NCBI GenBank assembly: GCA_951406725.2
Contig: OX597837.1
Span: 20,770,001 to 20,834,000, forward strand
Source of the DNA: Octopus vulgaris
Taxonomy: Eukaryota
Length of the DNA stretch: 64,000 nt
Reading direction: 5' to 3'
Numbering within the stretch: position 1 is the stretch's first letter; every line of letters starts with the position of its first letter. A program made the translations under genes and the position numbers. The notes under the pieces were generated by a model that saw nothing but the letters and a program-made list of their open reading frames with translations, was not told the origin of the DNA and made no database searches. Shown here piece after piece: positions 40,393 to 55,050 of this stretch.

Positions 40393-40419
40393 TAATAATT
40401 TTTTTACAAGAGTAGCAAA

Positions 40420-40482
<63 letters not shown>

Positions 40483-40510
40483 ATTATCATCATCATCATC
40501 ATCATCATCA

Positions 40511-40580
<70 letters not shown>

Positions 40581-40589
40581 GATTATTAC

Positions 40590-42380
40590 TTTATTTTTCT
40601 TCTTTCAAATTTGCTTCCATTTCTTGCCGAGTGTCTTCCCGACTCCTAGGGCAGAGAAACTCATAGTATACAATGGTAGGCCATTAAACCAAACTCAGTA
40701 GATCGTTCATTTTTTTTTTTTTTTTTTTAAGTTAAATTAAAATACATGAGCAGCAACAGTTCTCACATCGACAATGCTCTTCTCAATACGTGTGATGTAC
40801 CAGTTAAGACAATCTTTTGCACTTCTTGCAGGGATGGTAAGCCAGGGATCATTCTCATATAATTTTCGGTTCCCTTCTTGATCATTCCTAGTGCTCCTAC
40901 GATCACTGGTATTGTAACCGCCTTGAGATGCCACATTTTCTCAATTTCAATGAGTAGGTCTTTATATTTTCTGAGCTTGTCAAACTCTTTCGCTGAGATA
41001 TTATGATCACAGGGGATGCTCATGTCGATCAATAAGCAAACTTTATTGTTTTGGTCTTTCACAACAATATCTGGTTTATTGGCCTTGATGGTTCGGTCTG
41101 TATGTACTGGAAAGTCCCACAGAATGGTTACATTTTCTCCTTCAGTTACAGCCTCAGGGTGGTGATTATACCACTTGTCGGCAGTTTTGATATTGTAATG
41201 CCGACTTATTAGCCAGTGGAGATATTGGCCAACTCTGTCATGTCTTAATTTATACTCCACTGGTGCTAAGATTTTACATCCAGAGATTAGGTGGTCCACT
41301 GTTTCAATCATGTCGTTGCAGAATCGGCATTTTGGGTCTGCTCCATTTTTCATCACATTGGCCTGGTAGTTCCGGGTTAATAGGCTTTGATCTTGAGCAG
41401 CCAGGATGAAACCTTCGCTCTCTGCTTTTAGCCCTGAGCTCCGTAGCCACTGATGGGTTTGCTTCTGGTCAACATCAGCTTGTTTGCTGCGGGTCACATA
41501 TTTGCCGTGCAGAGTTTTCTCCTCCCACCTATCAGCCAATTGCTCGTGCACTTTTTTCATTGCCATCATTTTCACCTTCTTTGCAACAATAGTTGCCGTA
41601 CTTCCCTCGGGTTGTTCAGTTTGGGTATCCTGCACGAGATCAATAGCAAATTTTTTGCTTTCCTTTATGATAGAATGAAGCTTCTTTCGTCTCTCGTGAT
41701 TTTCCACGAGTTTAGCATCCAGTCATTCGTTATTTCGAGATATTTGGCCAGTCCAATTGTGGTTGTTTTGTAAGCTAGTTCAAATTGGATCAGGCCTCGA
41801 CCTCCTTGGGCTCTGGGAAGGTAAAGGCGATCTACGTCTGCCTTTGGGTGGTGCATCCTATTACAACTCAGCAGCTTGCGTATTTTTCTATCTATATTCT
41901 TTACTTCACTCATATTCCAGTTCAACACATTGTAGCTATAAGTAACAACTGGAACTGCTAAGGAATTTATAGCTAACACCTTGTTACGTGCATTTAGTTC
42001 AGATTTCAGGACTGCACGAACTCTCCTATAACATTCCTTCCTGATTTTCTCTTTCATGCTTGCATGCTGAATACCAGAGCCTTCATTTATCCCTAAATAT
42101 TTGTATGTTTGTTCTTGCTCAAGCTCTCTTATGACTGTGTCAACATCTAACACGACTGAATTTGTGGTCTTCACTTTCCCTTTCTGGAAAGTGGCCTTGG
42201 CACACTTCTCAAGTCCAAACTCCATCCCGATGTCATCGCTGAATGCTTTCACGGTGCGCAATAGGCCTTCAAGTTCATTATTGTCTTTACCATAAAGTTT
42301 TAAGTCATCCATATAAAATAGGTGGCTTATTTTTGTATTGGCAATTTTATACCCATATCCTGTTCTGTTTAATTCACTCA
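40590..42380 (-). mobile_element. 5'-truncated R4/Dong-type LINE, well preserved (one frameshift near 41710)
   Basis: ORF 41665-42447: ISHLFYMDDLKLY, YKYLG, RLYLPRAQGGRGL. ORF 40763-41707: AAQDQSL, CRFC..ETVDHLISGC, RHD, KPDIVV..IDMSIP, KLRKY. Embedded in (ATT)n. Confidence 0.95.
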
Positions 42381-42455
42381 TTATTATTATCATTATTATT
42401 ATTATTGTTATTATTATTGTTATTGTTGTTGTTATTATTATCAGCATGCATATGC

Positions 42456-42493
<38 letters not shown>

Positions 42494-43217
42494 AGTGATC
42501 AAATGCTTGTGCTGCATATTAGCTACCTTTCTCCATCAAATCGACGTTGTCTTAACAGGTGCACGGTGTACCACGTGTCAGGTGTGGAAGTGATCACAGA
42601 GAAACGTGAGGTGAAGTGTTTTGCTGAAGAACACAACGTACTATCCGGTCTAGGAATTGAAACCACGATCTCACGATCGTGAGAGAAACAACCTAACCAC
42701 TCGGCCAAGCGTCTTGTTAGCAGTAACAACCTAACTAGACATAACAGCTTGAGTAGGGAGAACAATATGAAAACAATTAACTTGGTAATAATTGCATGGA
42801 TAATAATACAGAAGCGTTCAAGCCAAAATGTATTAATACTATAGTAGCAATTAAGCCTAAATAGTGGAAATGCGAAATATCTAACTAATGAATCTAAAGC
42901 AAATACTACTCAGCTTACCTGATTGGATTATTTAAGAAATTGGTTTTGTAGCCTTACCATATACATCAATGTATCAGGAACAAACATCTCGAACGTAAGA
43001 TTAGAAATGACCACAGATAAACATCACTCGTACAGAAGGATAAGTGACAGAAAGATCACAACGACGTGATAGCAGGGATTACTGTTTTAGTTAGAAACTA
43101 ATCTACATAGAGAGCACCTCATATAACGACAGAACTAGGAAGAAGGAATATGGTTTGGTCCAGTCTATTGTCCGGCATTGATGTAGTCATCTAGATAGCC
43201 ATAAACATTTTGTGACT

Positions 43218-43380
43218 AGTAGGAGTGGCTGTGTGGTAAATAGCTTGCTTACGAACCACATGGTTCAGGGTTCAGTCCTGCTGCGTGGCATCTGGGGCAA
43301 GTGTCTTCTACTATAACCTCGGGCCAACCAAAGCCTTGTGAGTGGATTTGGTAGACGGAAACTGAAAGAAGCCCGTCGTA
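43218..43380 (+). mobile_element. SINE family B, 5' half
   Basis: Matches 28132-28295. Confidence 0.85.
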
Positions 43381-43389
43381 TATTTTTAA

Positions 43390-43429
<40 letters not shown>

Positions 43430-43525
43430 GTATGTCATATTTTCCGTCTGTTGTCTTTTTATTTAATCCTGAAAATATTATTTAAATATTATTTCTGTAA
43501 CGCACGCATTCATTAATTTTTTTTA

Positions 43526-43567
<42 letters not shown>

Positions 43568-43741
43568 CATAATTAAAATACATATATATATATATATATA
43601 CATACATATTATGTAACAAAAATATATAATTATGTATCAAAAATTCACATAAGTGCCAAGGATGTTACAATTCTATATAGGTAGAAATTCCAGGGTTTAT
43701 TAAAATGTTTTTAAACGCAGGTGTTATTCAAGTCTTTATAC

Positions 43742-43827
43742 CTCCGACATATGTTTCGAAGAAAACATTGGTATTATTCCTGAGGGAATAAAATGATATA
43801 AAACAATGTAACCATCTCATCAAGGAA
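43742..43827 (-). ncRNA. Hammerhead ribozyme motif (type I, long stem II)
   Basis: Minus strand: ttcc TTGATGA GA..acattg..ttattcc ctca ggaataa..caatgt..TC GAAA CATATG TC ggag. Palindromic helix III ACATATGT, GUC triplet, C3 changed to U. Confidence 0.75.
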
Positions 43828-44194
43828 AAAAGAGAAATAAAACACATCAATAAGCCATTTTAACCGAATGGGAATACCACGTATATGATGAAGACAACGC
43901 TGGCAAGTTAATATATATATGTATACTCAAAATAAGCAACAAGTATATCCGAGGTAATGTGGTACAATCGCTTCGTGCTACTTCATTTTATTAAACACTG
44001 TAAGTATTACATCAGTTTTAAAATGTCGAGCAATCTTCAACCACTTATAGAAATCTTCCAATGAAACGGACAATGCACATTCTTATCTCTATTTCGTTTG
44101 CCAACATTATAAAGAGAGTAGATACCGACAGAGAGGTTGATTTCATTCTTAAGAACATGATAGTATTAAATTTACTCTCTGACTGCATATATGG

Positions 44195-44420
44195 ATACAG
44201 GACATCAAAAAAAAAAAAAAACGTTGAACACAATGAGAAACGAAAACATAAAAACAAAAACATAGAAATGAACTTTTTTTCGAACAACAAAAAAAACAGA
44301 GAAACGAGACATACAACATAAAGAATATTCCCCTTCTTCAGTTGTCCTTGTTTCAACTACTCCACGTTACGAAGGCATGGACAAGACGCGACGTCGTTGA
44401 AACAATCCTTCCCGCAAAGC
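44195..44420. repeat. Interspersed repeat related to 910-1081
   Basis: Shared gaacaca..aaacgaaaacata and ccccttcttcagt..gtttca.ctactc.acgtt blocks. Confidence 0.65.
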
Positions 44421-46385
44421 AAATTAAATAAAATTTGGGATGTTTTGCGGAGGGTGAAAGTGGTACCAAGAACAGGACAGTGAGAACAAAACAGTAAAAG
44501 CAATAAAAAAAAAGAGAACAAAACAGTAAAAACAAACGGTGAGGGCTATTAAGCCAAGACTTTGGAAAAATTATTCTGAACGTTTAGGAAGACGAGCTTA
44601 TGAAGGAGACAGAATAAGCACGTTTAGTCTTTACGAAGGTTGTGGTTAGAAAGGTAGATTCTTTTTCGTCACGTGTCGGTGACGAGAGAGTCGTGAAAGA
44701 GGAGTGAGAGAGAGGGTACAGTGAAGAGGAGAGGAGAAGAATAGGAAAGGGTGGGAGGGAAAACCAGAAAGGATGAAGAACAAGAGAGGGAGAGAGATAG
44801 ACAGAGAAGAGATAGTAAAGATATAAGAGAGCGCATCGTAATTATTATAATACAACTTACTTGGAAAAAGATGCGTGGCGTTCGGTTATATAATAATATA
44901 AATAATATATAAATATATGCATATATACATACATACATACATACATATATATATATATATATTAACTTTACAACTTGTCTCTTGCTGATTGTTGCTCGGC
45001 CCACAACAGGTTCTACCTACGAATGACGGCACACTGGCTACACTCCAAGACCCGCACGAGACGACACACCGTCCTGACCTGCTCTCGACTCAGAGGACGT
45101 CACACTTTTGATGTTCTCTCCCAAGCCATAGTGGACACCCATTACGTGTTCCATCGGCAAGACAGGGAATACCCACCAACTAATTTTCCATCATAATTTA
45201 TTTGAACCAGTAACTTTAAAAACAAAAATTTCATTTCATTTTACAAAAGCAAAAATTCAAATTTCACCAAATAATCAACGTTTACACACAGGTTGATCAA
45301 GTTAGACAAGTTTTTAAAAAATGTGTGGTGAGGGGTGGAGTAAAATTGAAATATGTATATTTTTGCAAAATCATAAAACATAGTAATCCAAAAAATTTTC
45401 TATGTATTTTGCTCCATAAAAATTTTCAAAAATGTAAAACATGAAGAATTTGGGTGGGGTGGGGGTAAATTTGAAATTTTGAAGTGGTGATTTTTGGCGG
45501 GGGTATCGGGTGGGGTCGAGTTGGACAAAAAGAGGTACCCCAATAGAAAGTTTGAACATTTCCTTGTTCAAATAGCTAAACGATATAGGTTTTGAATTCA
45601 CACAAATGCGCGACTCATACTTTTTTTGTAAATCTACACCGTATGAAAAATATATGGAAAAAATTTTATTAATAAATATCCATTTTTCTGAAAGTTATGA
45701 GGAAACAAAGTCGAGGATCCACAGGAATGCCTACAAAGTATGTAGAGTTTGTCGGAGATTCGGCTGTTATTTCTAGCATGTGAAGAAACTGCTTGAAAGC
45801 CTATTTAACGCGCGGATTGGAAAAAGCCTACGCATGCGCAATGACCGAAAGGATTTAAAGACACCCTGCATATACCGTACATTCGCGTGGGATGGGGGAA
45901 GGATTACTATTTTCTTTTCTTTTTTTTTTTTGAAAAATTGAAATTTGAAAAAAAAAGTTTTTCAGAATCATAATCACCATATTTTTCCACGCATTTCGCC
46001 AAAAATAATTCTGAAAAAAGTGAAAATGAAGAAATTGCGATAGTGGTGGTGGGGGTGGAATTTAATTTTTTTTACAGATTCGGAATCTCCGTAGCCGAAA
46101 ATGTGGGTTTCTGCAAAAAGAAAAAAATGAAAAAAAAAAAAATAACAATGCATGGTGTGGCTACCGTCCACCATGTCCGCCCCGTTTTTGAGGGTTTCAG
46201 AGCCAAAAAACCAAAGCGTAACTAAATTTATATGATAAAAGTTAGCGATTATCTTTTAGCGTTAGCGTCCGGTAATTTTTTTTGTTTGTTTTTACCTGTT
46301 TAGCGGTTTAGAGTTTGCGAAGCTAAATTTTTGGTTAGCTGTGCCCATCACTGTATATATGAATGCATGTATATGTATGTATGTG

Positions 46386-46433
<48 letters not shown>

Positions 46434-46538
46434 TATACATGCATATACATTACATATGCATACATACATGCATTCATATATATGTATGTGTCTGTGTATG
46501 TATATACGTATATGTGCGTGTATGTGTGTGCATATATG

Positions 46539-46575
<37 letters not shown>

Positions 46576-46636
46576 CTGCATGTATGTATATGTATAAATA
46601 TATATGTATTATGTTTATGTATACATATAGATATAG

Positions 46637-46950
<314 letters not shown>

Positions 46951-47339
46951 GAATGTATATCTATATATATATGTGTATATATATATATATATATCAACAA
47001 ACATACATACATACATACATACATGCATACATACATACATGCATACATACATACTACAAGCATACATACATGCATGAATACATACATACATACATACATA
47101 CATACATACATACATGCATACATACATGCATGCATACATACATGCATGCATACATACATACATACATACATACATGTATGCATGCATGCATGCATGCATA
47201 CATACATACATGCATACATACATACATGCATACATACATACTACATGCATACATACATGCATGCATACATACATACATACATACATACATACATACATAC
47301 ATACATACATACATAGATGCATGCATACATACATAGTGT

Positions 47340-47847
47340 CATAGTCGACATGCGAGGATTCCGCAATTTCTTGCTGAACGCCCTTCACAAATGGTTTGCT
47401 TGTGGCGATCAAACGTCTGTGCCACACGTTGTCTTTCTCTCTCCATCAACTCAACGTTGCCCGTACTGATGCGCCGTATGCCACATATCAGATGCCGAAG
47501 TGATTGTAGAGCCGCAACGTGAGGTGAAATGTTTCGCTCAATAACACAACCAACGGGATTCGATCCAACGCTCGGGCGATCGCGACGGCAACACATTAAC
47601 CACAAGGCCATGCGCCCTCATATCGGTTTCAAATTTTAACACAATGGCAGTACGTTCTTGGAAAAGTATTAGTCGATTAAATCGACCCTAGTGATAAACA
47701 TTTGTTTATTTTATCGACCCGAAATGGTTGCAAGGCAAAATCGTCCTCAGCGGAATTTGAACTCTAAACGTAAGGACGGACGAACCGCCACAAAGCATTT
47801 TAACCGGCGCAGTAACGATTCTCTCAGCTCGCCGCCTTAATGTGACC

Positions 47848-47890
<43 letters not shown>

Positions 47891-48180
47891 TGCACCCTTT
47901 TCAAGCCTAGCCAGGCTCACGGGCCCGGTTTCCCGGTTTCTGTGGCGTATGTGTTCCCCCCAGCTGAATGGGACACCAGTCCATCGCAGCGTTACTCAAG
48001 AAACAGGAAGAGAGAGTGAGAGAAAGTTGTGGCGAAAGAGCACAACAGGGGTCGCCACCACTCCCTGCCGGAGCCTCGTGGGGCTTTTAGGTGTTATCGC
48101 TCAATAAACACACACAATGCCCGGTCTGGGAATCGAAACCGCGAGTCTGCTGCCTTAACCGCTGGGACATTGCGCCTCCA
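47340..48180 (-). mobile_element. Three adjacent tRNA-derived SINEs (47340-47620; family A 47625-47838; family C 47890-48180)
   Basis: tRNA-like heads on the minus strand. The family C copy has a (TTTA)n tail at ~47848-47890. Confidence 0.75.
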
Positions 48181-49136
48181 ATGCGACCTTATATTAATAC
48201 ATATATATATACAGCATGCATGTATGTATACATTATTGTATGTATATGTGAATATGTGTATAAGTGTGTTTGAGTGTTTGTATTCATTTACAGACATATT
48301 CATTTAACCACTCAGAAAGGAACACAAATTCACAGATTTATAAACATCAATGGACACTGACATCCCTTATCAAGTTTACATTATATACACCAGTTCTGAG
48401 ACGCACATGCCGCCATACATGTACACTCACACAAAATATTTGTAGATACATATATACACACATAAAATTATGCACACCCCCTATCTCCCACACATATATA
48501 TATGATCGTGTTTGTGTGAATGTCTGTGTGTATGTGTATATATTTGTGTGTATGTATATACATATATGCCTATGCGTATATATGTGTATGTGTACATGTG
48601 TGTATACATATATGTCTATGTATATATGTGTGTGTGTCTGTGAATATGCCTGTGTTTGTACATATATTTGTATGTAATTGTGTATATGTGTGTGTGTGTG
48701 TGTGTAAGTGTGTGTGTGTGTATGTGTGTGTATTTATTGGCTCGTAGACGTATGCGTATACATGTGTGTATATAATGAAATCATATGAAAAGAAGCGGGT
48801 TGATGATTCTTTTGATGTTGGCGCCCGATGCAGAGGCAATGGACCGACCTTCAATTATTCGCTAAACAGACTGTAGCACACTTCAGCTTTGGAAACGAAG
48901 TCTTTGGTTTCGTTCTTGACAGCAGGTACCAGACGTATGAACGATCAAAGACTTCTCCCTCCAGCCAGATACCAACACCATTCAGTGTGCGTAAAAGTTG
49001 TTTGTCTCTTAATTTCTTTCTTTCTTTCCTTCTTTCTTTCTTTCTATCTTTCTTTCTATCTTTCGATCTTTCTCTTTCCTTACACACATACACTCATATA
49101 CACCCATCTGTGTGTAGTACATATATGCGTGTGTGC

Positions 49137-49191
<55 letters not shown>

Positions 49192-49310
49192 ACACACATA
49201 TAAATATATATATATATATACACACATAGATATATAGATATACATATCTATATATATACATACATAGATATATAAAATATACACACGATACAAATATATG
49301 TACGAGTATA

Positions 49311-49341
<31 letters not shown>

Positions 49342-49476
49342 ATTATATATGTGTGTGTGTAAATAAAAATATACTTACACATAAACATATATATAGGCAT
49401 TTAGACAAACATGCACATATATATGTATTTATATATATGTAAATGTATATGTATATAAATATATACATATATATGG

Positions 49477-49510
<34 letters not shown>

Positions 49511-49614
49511 GTATTTATACATACATACATACATACATACATACATACATACATTCATACGTACATATATACATACTTGCATACATACATATTACAACTT
49601 GCAAGCGTACATAC

Positions 49615-49672
<58 letters not shown>

Positions 49673-50109
49673 TAATAGAGATATATGAATGTGTGTGTGT
49701 GTGTGTGTGTGACCGTTTTGATATTTCATCTGAAATTTTTTACGACATCCGTTGAGAAAAATTATAGACGCGTGTAGTACGTGTAGTAATAATTATAAAT
49801 TTTGGCTAAAGGCAGTGCATAATCTATCGAAAATGATTTAATCGACTCCAGTACTTGACTGGTACTTATTTAATTGACACCTCACCCCCGTGAAAAGAAT
49901 GGTGAAGTTGGCCCCAACAGATTTATAAAGACAAAAAGTTTTGCGGTGCACGCATGAACTTCCGCCATTGTTAGATAATGACAAAGTAAAAATATTGAGA
50001 AAGTTTAGCATTCAGCGAGGAAACCTCCCGATAGCACGTGACAAGCCTGACATCATTTTTCTTGACGGAAATATCGATTATGTACAAAAAAAGTCTGCTA
50101 ACAGAGGAA

Positions 50110-51140
50110 GGTAGTAAGGACGTGTGGGAAAGAAATTCGCTTTGCAGCCACATGGTTTCGGTTTCAGTCCCACTACGCAGCACTTCGGCGGCAAGTGTGT
50201 TCTAATAGTGCCTCGGGCAGATCAATGCCTTGCAAGCGAATTTGGTTGACAGAAACTGTGTTGAAGGCGAGCTTTGCAGAATCATTAGCACGCCGGGTGA
50301 AATGCTTAGCAGTATTTCGTCAGCCGCTACGTTCTGAGTTCAAATTCCGCCGAGGTCGACTTTGCCTTTCATCCTTTCGGGGTCGATAAATTAAGTACCA
50401 GTTACGCACTGGGGTCGATGAAATCGACTTAATCTCTTCGTCTGTCCTTGTTTGTCCCCTCTGTGTTTAGCCCCTTGTAGGTAATAAAGAAATAGGTATT
50501 TCGTCTGCCGTTAGGTTCTGAGTTCAAATTCCGCCGAGGGTGACTTTGCCTTTATTCCTTTCGGGGTCGATAAATTAAATACCAGTTATGCACTGGGGGA
50601 GAGGGGTTCGTTGTAATCGACTTAATCCCTTTGTCTGTCCTTGTTTGTCCCCTCTGTGTGTAGCTCATTGTGAGAAGTAAAGAAATAAGAAGCTTACTTA
50701 ACAAACACATGGTACCGGGTTCACTCCCACTGCGTAGCAACTTTATGCAAGTGTCTTCTGCTACAGTCTCGGGCTGACCAAGGCCTTGTAAGTGGATTTG
50801 GTAGACGGAAACTAAAAGAAACCCATCGCATATGTGTGTGGGGGTGGGTGTTCCCCACCACCGCTCGACAACCGGTACTGGTGTGTTTACATCCTCGTAA
50901 TCTAACAGTTCGGCAAAAAAAAAAGACCGATAGAATAAGAACCAGGCTTTAAAAAAATTATTGACATCGATTTATTCGACTAAAAAGTCTTCAGTGCGGT
51001 GCTCCAGCACGGCCACAGTCTAATGACTGATGCGAGTAAGAGATAAAAGATAAAAGGCACGATGATGTAAGATAACGACAGTCCCGCACTCGTGTGAGTG
51101 GACTTGGTAGACGGAAACTGAAAGAAGCCCGTCGTATATA

Positions 51141-51181
<41 letters not shown>

Positions 51182-51405
51182 TGTATGTGTATGTATATAT
51201 GTTTGTGTGTCTGTGTTTGTCTCCCCAACATCGCCTGACAACCGATGCTGGTGTGTTTACGTCCCCGTAACTTAACGGTTCGGCAAAAGAGACCGATAGA
51301 ATAAGAACTAGGCTTACAAAGAATAAGTCTTTGGGTCGATTTGCTCGACTAAAGGCGGTGCTCCAGCATGGCCACAGTCAAAATGACTGAAACAAGTAAA
51401 AGAGT
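50110..51405 (+). mobile_element. Nested SINE cluster (families A and B)
   Basis: Family A body tandemly duplicated at ~50265-50690. Family B pieces at ~50110-50265, 50690-51055 and 51090-51405. Confidence 0.85.
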
Positions 51406-52029
51406 ATAAGAAAATTGTTTTCACACTTCAGAGGTTATTATAATCAAGTCCGTTATGTATACGCATGTGCCGCCTTGCAGGTTCCGATCACTTGTTCCTT
51501 ACATTTATCATGTTTGTTTTCTCCTACATTTGCTTTGTATATTATAATCAGTAATACTACGAAGTAGGATAGTAACCAAGTCACTATACACGACGGGACT
51601 TTGATAAATTTATTCAATTTGGAAGATATTTTAATCTTACGAATCCAGTGACAACGTTTAAATGGATTTATTTCTATTAAGTCTGTGCGATATAACATCC
51701 TGTCACTACAAGGAATTAGAGTAATTTGAAATTACAAAAGAGAAAGCCGAAGCAAACATTGCATAGAATTCAAAAGCAAAAACGCTGTCTAATTTGAAGC
51801 AAAAATGTAATCAATAAGAGAATAAAACCATATTCTTTTTTTATGAATAATGGTTCTCGAAATACATCACATACAGCCATAATGAATAGGATGTAAATAT
51901 TAAAAAGAAAAAGTCCCTCAGGAAGCCTTCGACTTCTTTTTTTTTCTTTCATCCAAAAGGGTTTTTCAACGTGTTATTCTTTACAATTGGTTGTGATGTG
52001 CTTCGACAACCATTATTTCAAACAATTAT

Positions 52030-52160
52030 TTCCCGTGTTAAACTAAATATAGAGACGTTTAACGTGTTGCATTAAATAGAGAGACGTTTAGCTTCTCACA
52101 TTAAATTCTGATGCGTTTAACGTGTTACATAAAATACAGAAGCGTTTAACGTGTCCAACT
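52030..52160 (+). repeat. Degenerate ~30-bp minisatellite (core cgtttaacgtgt), 4-5 units
   Basis: cgttta(a/g)c recurs at ~52056, 52085, 52114 and 52143. Confidence 0.7.
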
Positions 52161-53182
52161 GAAGACTGTAAAGAATTTTCTTACGGCCTTTTTTCTATTT
52201 TCATTCATTACGCCTTGGCTTCGAATCAGTTTCCTTCCTGAGAAAGGGTGAGTGGAGCGGCGTGGGGTAAGTTTGATGAGGAATGAAAGTGTCGGAGAGG
52301 GGTGTATGTTGAGGAAGTGTGTGTAGGGAGCATGTCGGTGAGAAAGCGTGTTTGTGCATGTGTGCATGGAAGTGTGTCTATTGGGAGCACAGATGGCGGG
52401 AAAGTGTAGGGTGTGCGAGAGAGAGAGAGAGAGAGGGGGGATTTGTAGGGGCATCGGTGTGTATACGTGAAAGTGCATGTGGGGATTTTTACGGAGGAAA
52501 GTGTGTGTGGGGGGAAGTGAATAAGTACATCAGGAAAAGAATATGGGCAAGTGGGAATGTATGGGGGGGGAGGGCGGAAGTGTGTAAGTGAAATACTATT
52601 GGGAGAAAAGGTGGGAAGGGGTGAGGAGGTAGTAAAGGGGAGTGGGAAGGTGAAATGTGTATTATTTCATTCTCTTGTTTCAGTCATTTGACTGCGGCCA
52701 TGCTGCAGCAACGCCTTGAAAGGTTTTAGTCGAAGGACTCGATCCCAGGACTTATTCTTTGTAAGCCTAGTACTTATTCTATCCATCTTGTTTGCCGAAC
52801 CGCTAAGTTACGGGGACGTAAACACACTAACACCGGTTGTCAAGCGATGGTAGGGGCGAAAAACACAAACACCAAGACACACCTACATAAATATATACAT
52901 ACAGTCAATTGAAAGAAGTTAGAACCCCATTAGGGATTACATAATCCAAAAGATTCCACCGTTAATCACTACTATATAATGCGAAAGTTACTGCTATATG
53001 TTACGGAATCATTGTAGTGATACATATTATAAATATTGAAGGAAAGAAAGTGGAGAGAAATGGATGCGTGGATAATTTACTTGTATGATATAAAAATGTT
53101 GGAATTGTTTTTTTTTAAAGAGTAACAATACAAATAAATTATAAGTTGTAAAGATTAAAAAATGTGAAAAAAAAACTACATA

Positions 53183-54448
53183 CGAGGGACGTTCAATAAG
53201 TTGCAATTATTTGATCTAGCTGTAATTTTGCATGTGCAATTATTGATATCTCTATAGATTAAGTGGCAAATTACAGCTCTGGACTAATTGCGGTTTCTGA
53301 TTTACAGGTGTTTGAACTGAGTCAAGTATGAAATGGAGCCTGTTGAGTGTCGAGCAGTGATCCGGTTTTTGTATTTGAAAGGACGCACACCACGAGAAAC
53401 TTTTGATGAAATGAAAGTAACTTATGGTGATGATGCCCATCATATGACCTTGTAAAACGCTGGCTTCGTGAATTTAAACATGGTCGGAACTCTGTGGAAA
53501 CAGCTCCCAGATCTGGTCGCCCCCTTCTGCCATTGATGAGGCATCTGTCCGTCAAGTTGAGGCTGCCATTTTGGAAGATCGACGCATAACTATTCGCCAA
53601 ATAGCCCATGAGGTCAAGATTAGTACCGGGTCTGTGGAAACTATCATTCATGACCATTTGCATATGCAAAAGGTGTCTGCAAGATGGATTCCCAGGTTGC
53701 TCACACCTTTCCAGAAACAAGAACGCGTCGAGTGCACGAGGATGGATTTGGAGACGTACCAAGAAGATGAGTCAAACTTTTTCAAAAGACTGATTACACA
53801 GGATGAAACCTGGGTCCATCACTATGATCCAGAGACCAAAGCCCAGTCAATGTAGTGGAAGCACCGTGACTCACCTCCTCCAAAGAAGGCAAGGGTGCAG
53901 CCCTCCGCTGGCAAGGTCATGCTCACAGTCTTCTGGGACCAGGACGGACTAGTGATGACAGATTTCCCGGCAAAGGGTACCACAATTACAGGAGCCTATT
54001 ATGCTTCACTTTTGAGGAAATTAAGAGAAGCTATCAAAATCAAGAGGCGGGGCAAGATCAGCAAAGGCATCCTCCTCCTGCAGGACAACGCTCCGGTCCA
54101 CAACCTGCTTGTCGCTAGATCAGAAGCACAGGCGTGCGGCTATGAACTCCACCCCCTACTCTCCTGACCTTGCATCCTCTGATTTTCACCTCTTCCCAGC
54201 CATGAAGTTGTTTTTGAAAGGAAAGCATTTCCCAGATGATGCAGCCTTGATTTCTGAAGTCACGTCGTGGTTGGAGGACCAAGCTGGGGTCTTCTACAAA
54301 AACAGTCTCCAGAGCTGCATCGAACGATGGGAGAAGTGCGTAACTCTGGGTGTTTCCTATGTAGACAAAGACTAATAACTGCGCCAGGTTTCGTTGCTCT
54401 ACTGCTATAGGAAGTGGGTCAGGGGCATTACTTATTGAACGCCCCTCG
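53183..54448 (+). mobile_element. Full-length mariner, transposase pseudogene (~53333-54375)
   Basis: TIRs cgagggacgttcaataagt / acttattgaacgcccctcg with TA TSD. MEPVECRAVIRFL, ARWIPRLL, ITQDETWVHHYDPE, LQDNAPVH, YSPDLASSDFHLF. A few frameshifts and one stop. Confidence 0.97.
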
Positions 54449-55050
54449 TATATGGTTCAGTACTATTCCCTAGTTGAAAAGAAATTCTAAACATTTGGTT
54501 AAATGCTGATAAAAGTATAATTTTCAAACTATATAGGGCAGAACCTCTTCAGGGTTATTATAAGTTTATAGAACTTGGGTTAAGATTTTTCCTTTGAAGG
54601 ATACATACAGAATATTAATAAGTTATCAGATATCAGAGGTAGGGAACGAATAAATAAAACATCCTTAAAATTCTGTTTACCCATCTCATAAACAATTCAG
54701 CAAATGCACAGGCCCTAGTATATACATATATTATATATCGAATGTTCTTTTTGTCTCTGCTACTTCGCTTCATCCCCCAAGTGGTCCTTGGTTGTAAGAC
54801 ATAACCCTGATTTTTCTGTATCATCCAACCACATAGAATTTATGCACCAACATATTTTCTTGACCTTAAACATCCTTCGTTTCGCACTAAATTATATTGT
54901 ACGTCTAGAGACTACATTACTCCTACTGTAATCCTTATCTAGTTAATTAATTACTATACATATACATACATACATACATACATACATACATACATACATA
55001 CATACATACATACATACATACATACATACATACATGCATATATATATATT

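Noticed and set aside
45185-46210. Unclassified non-coding block resembling a DNA-transposon interior
   Set aside because: No TIRs, TSD, ORF or second copy identified in the window, so it could not be called.
48865-48910. Another hammerhead (CTGTAGC..GAAACGAAGTC)
   Set aside because: Two core mismatches and no stem II.
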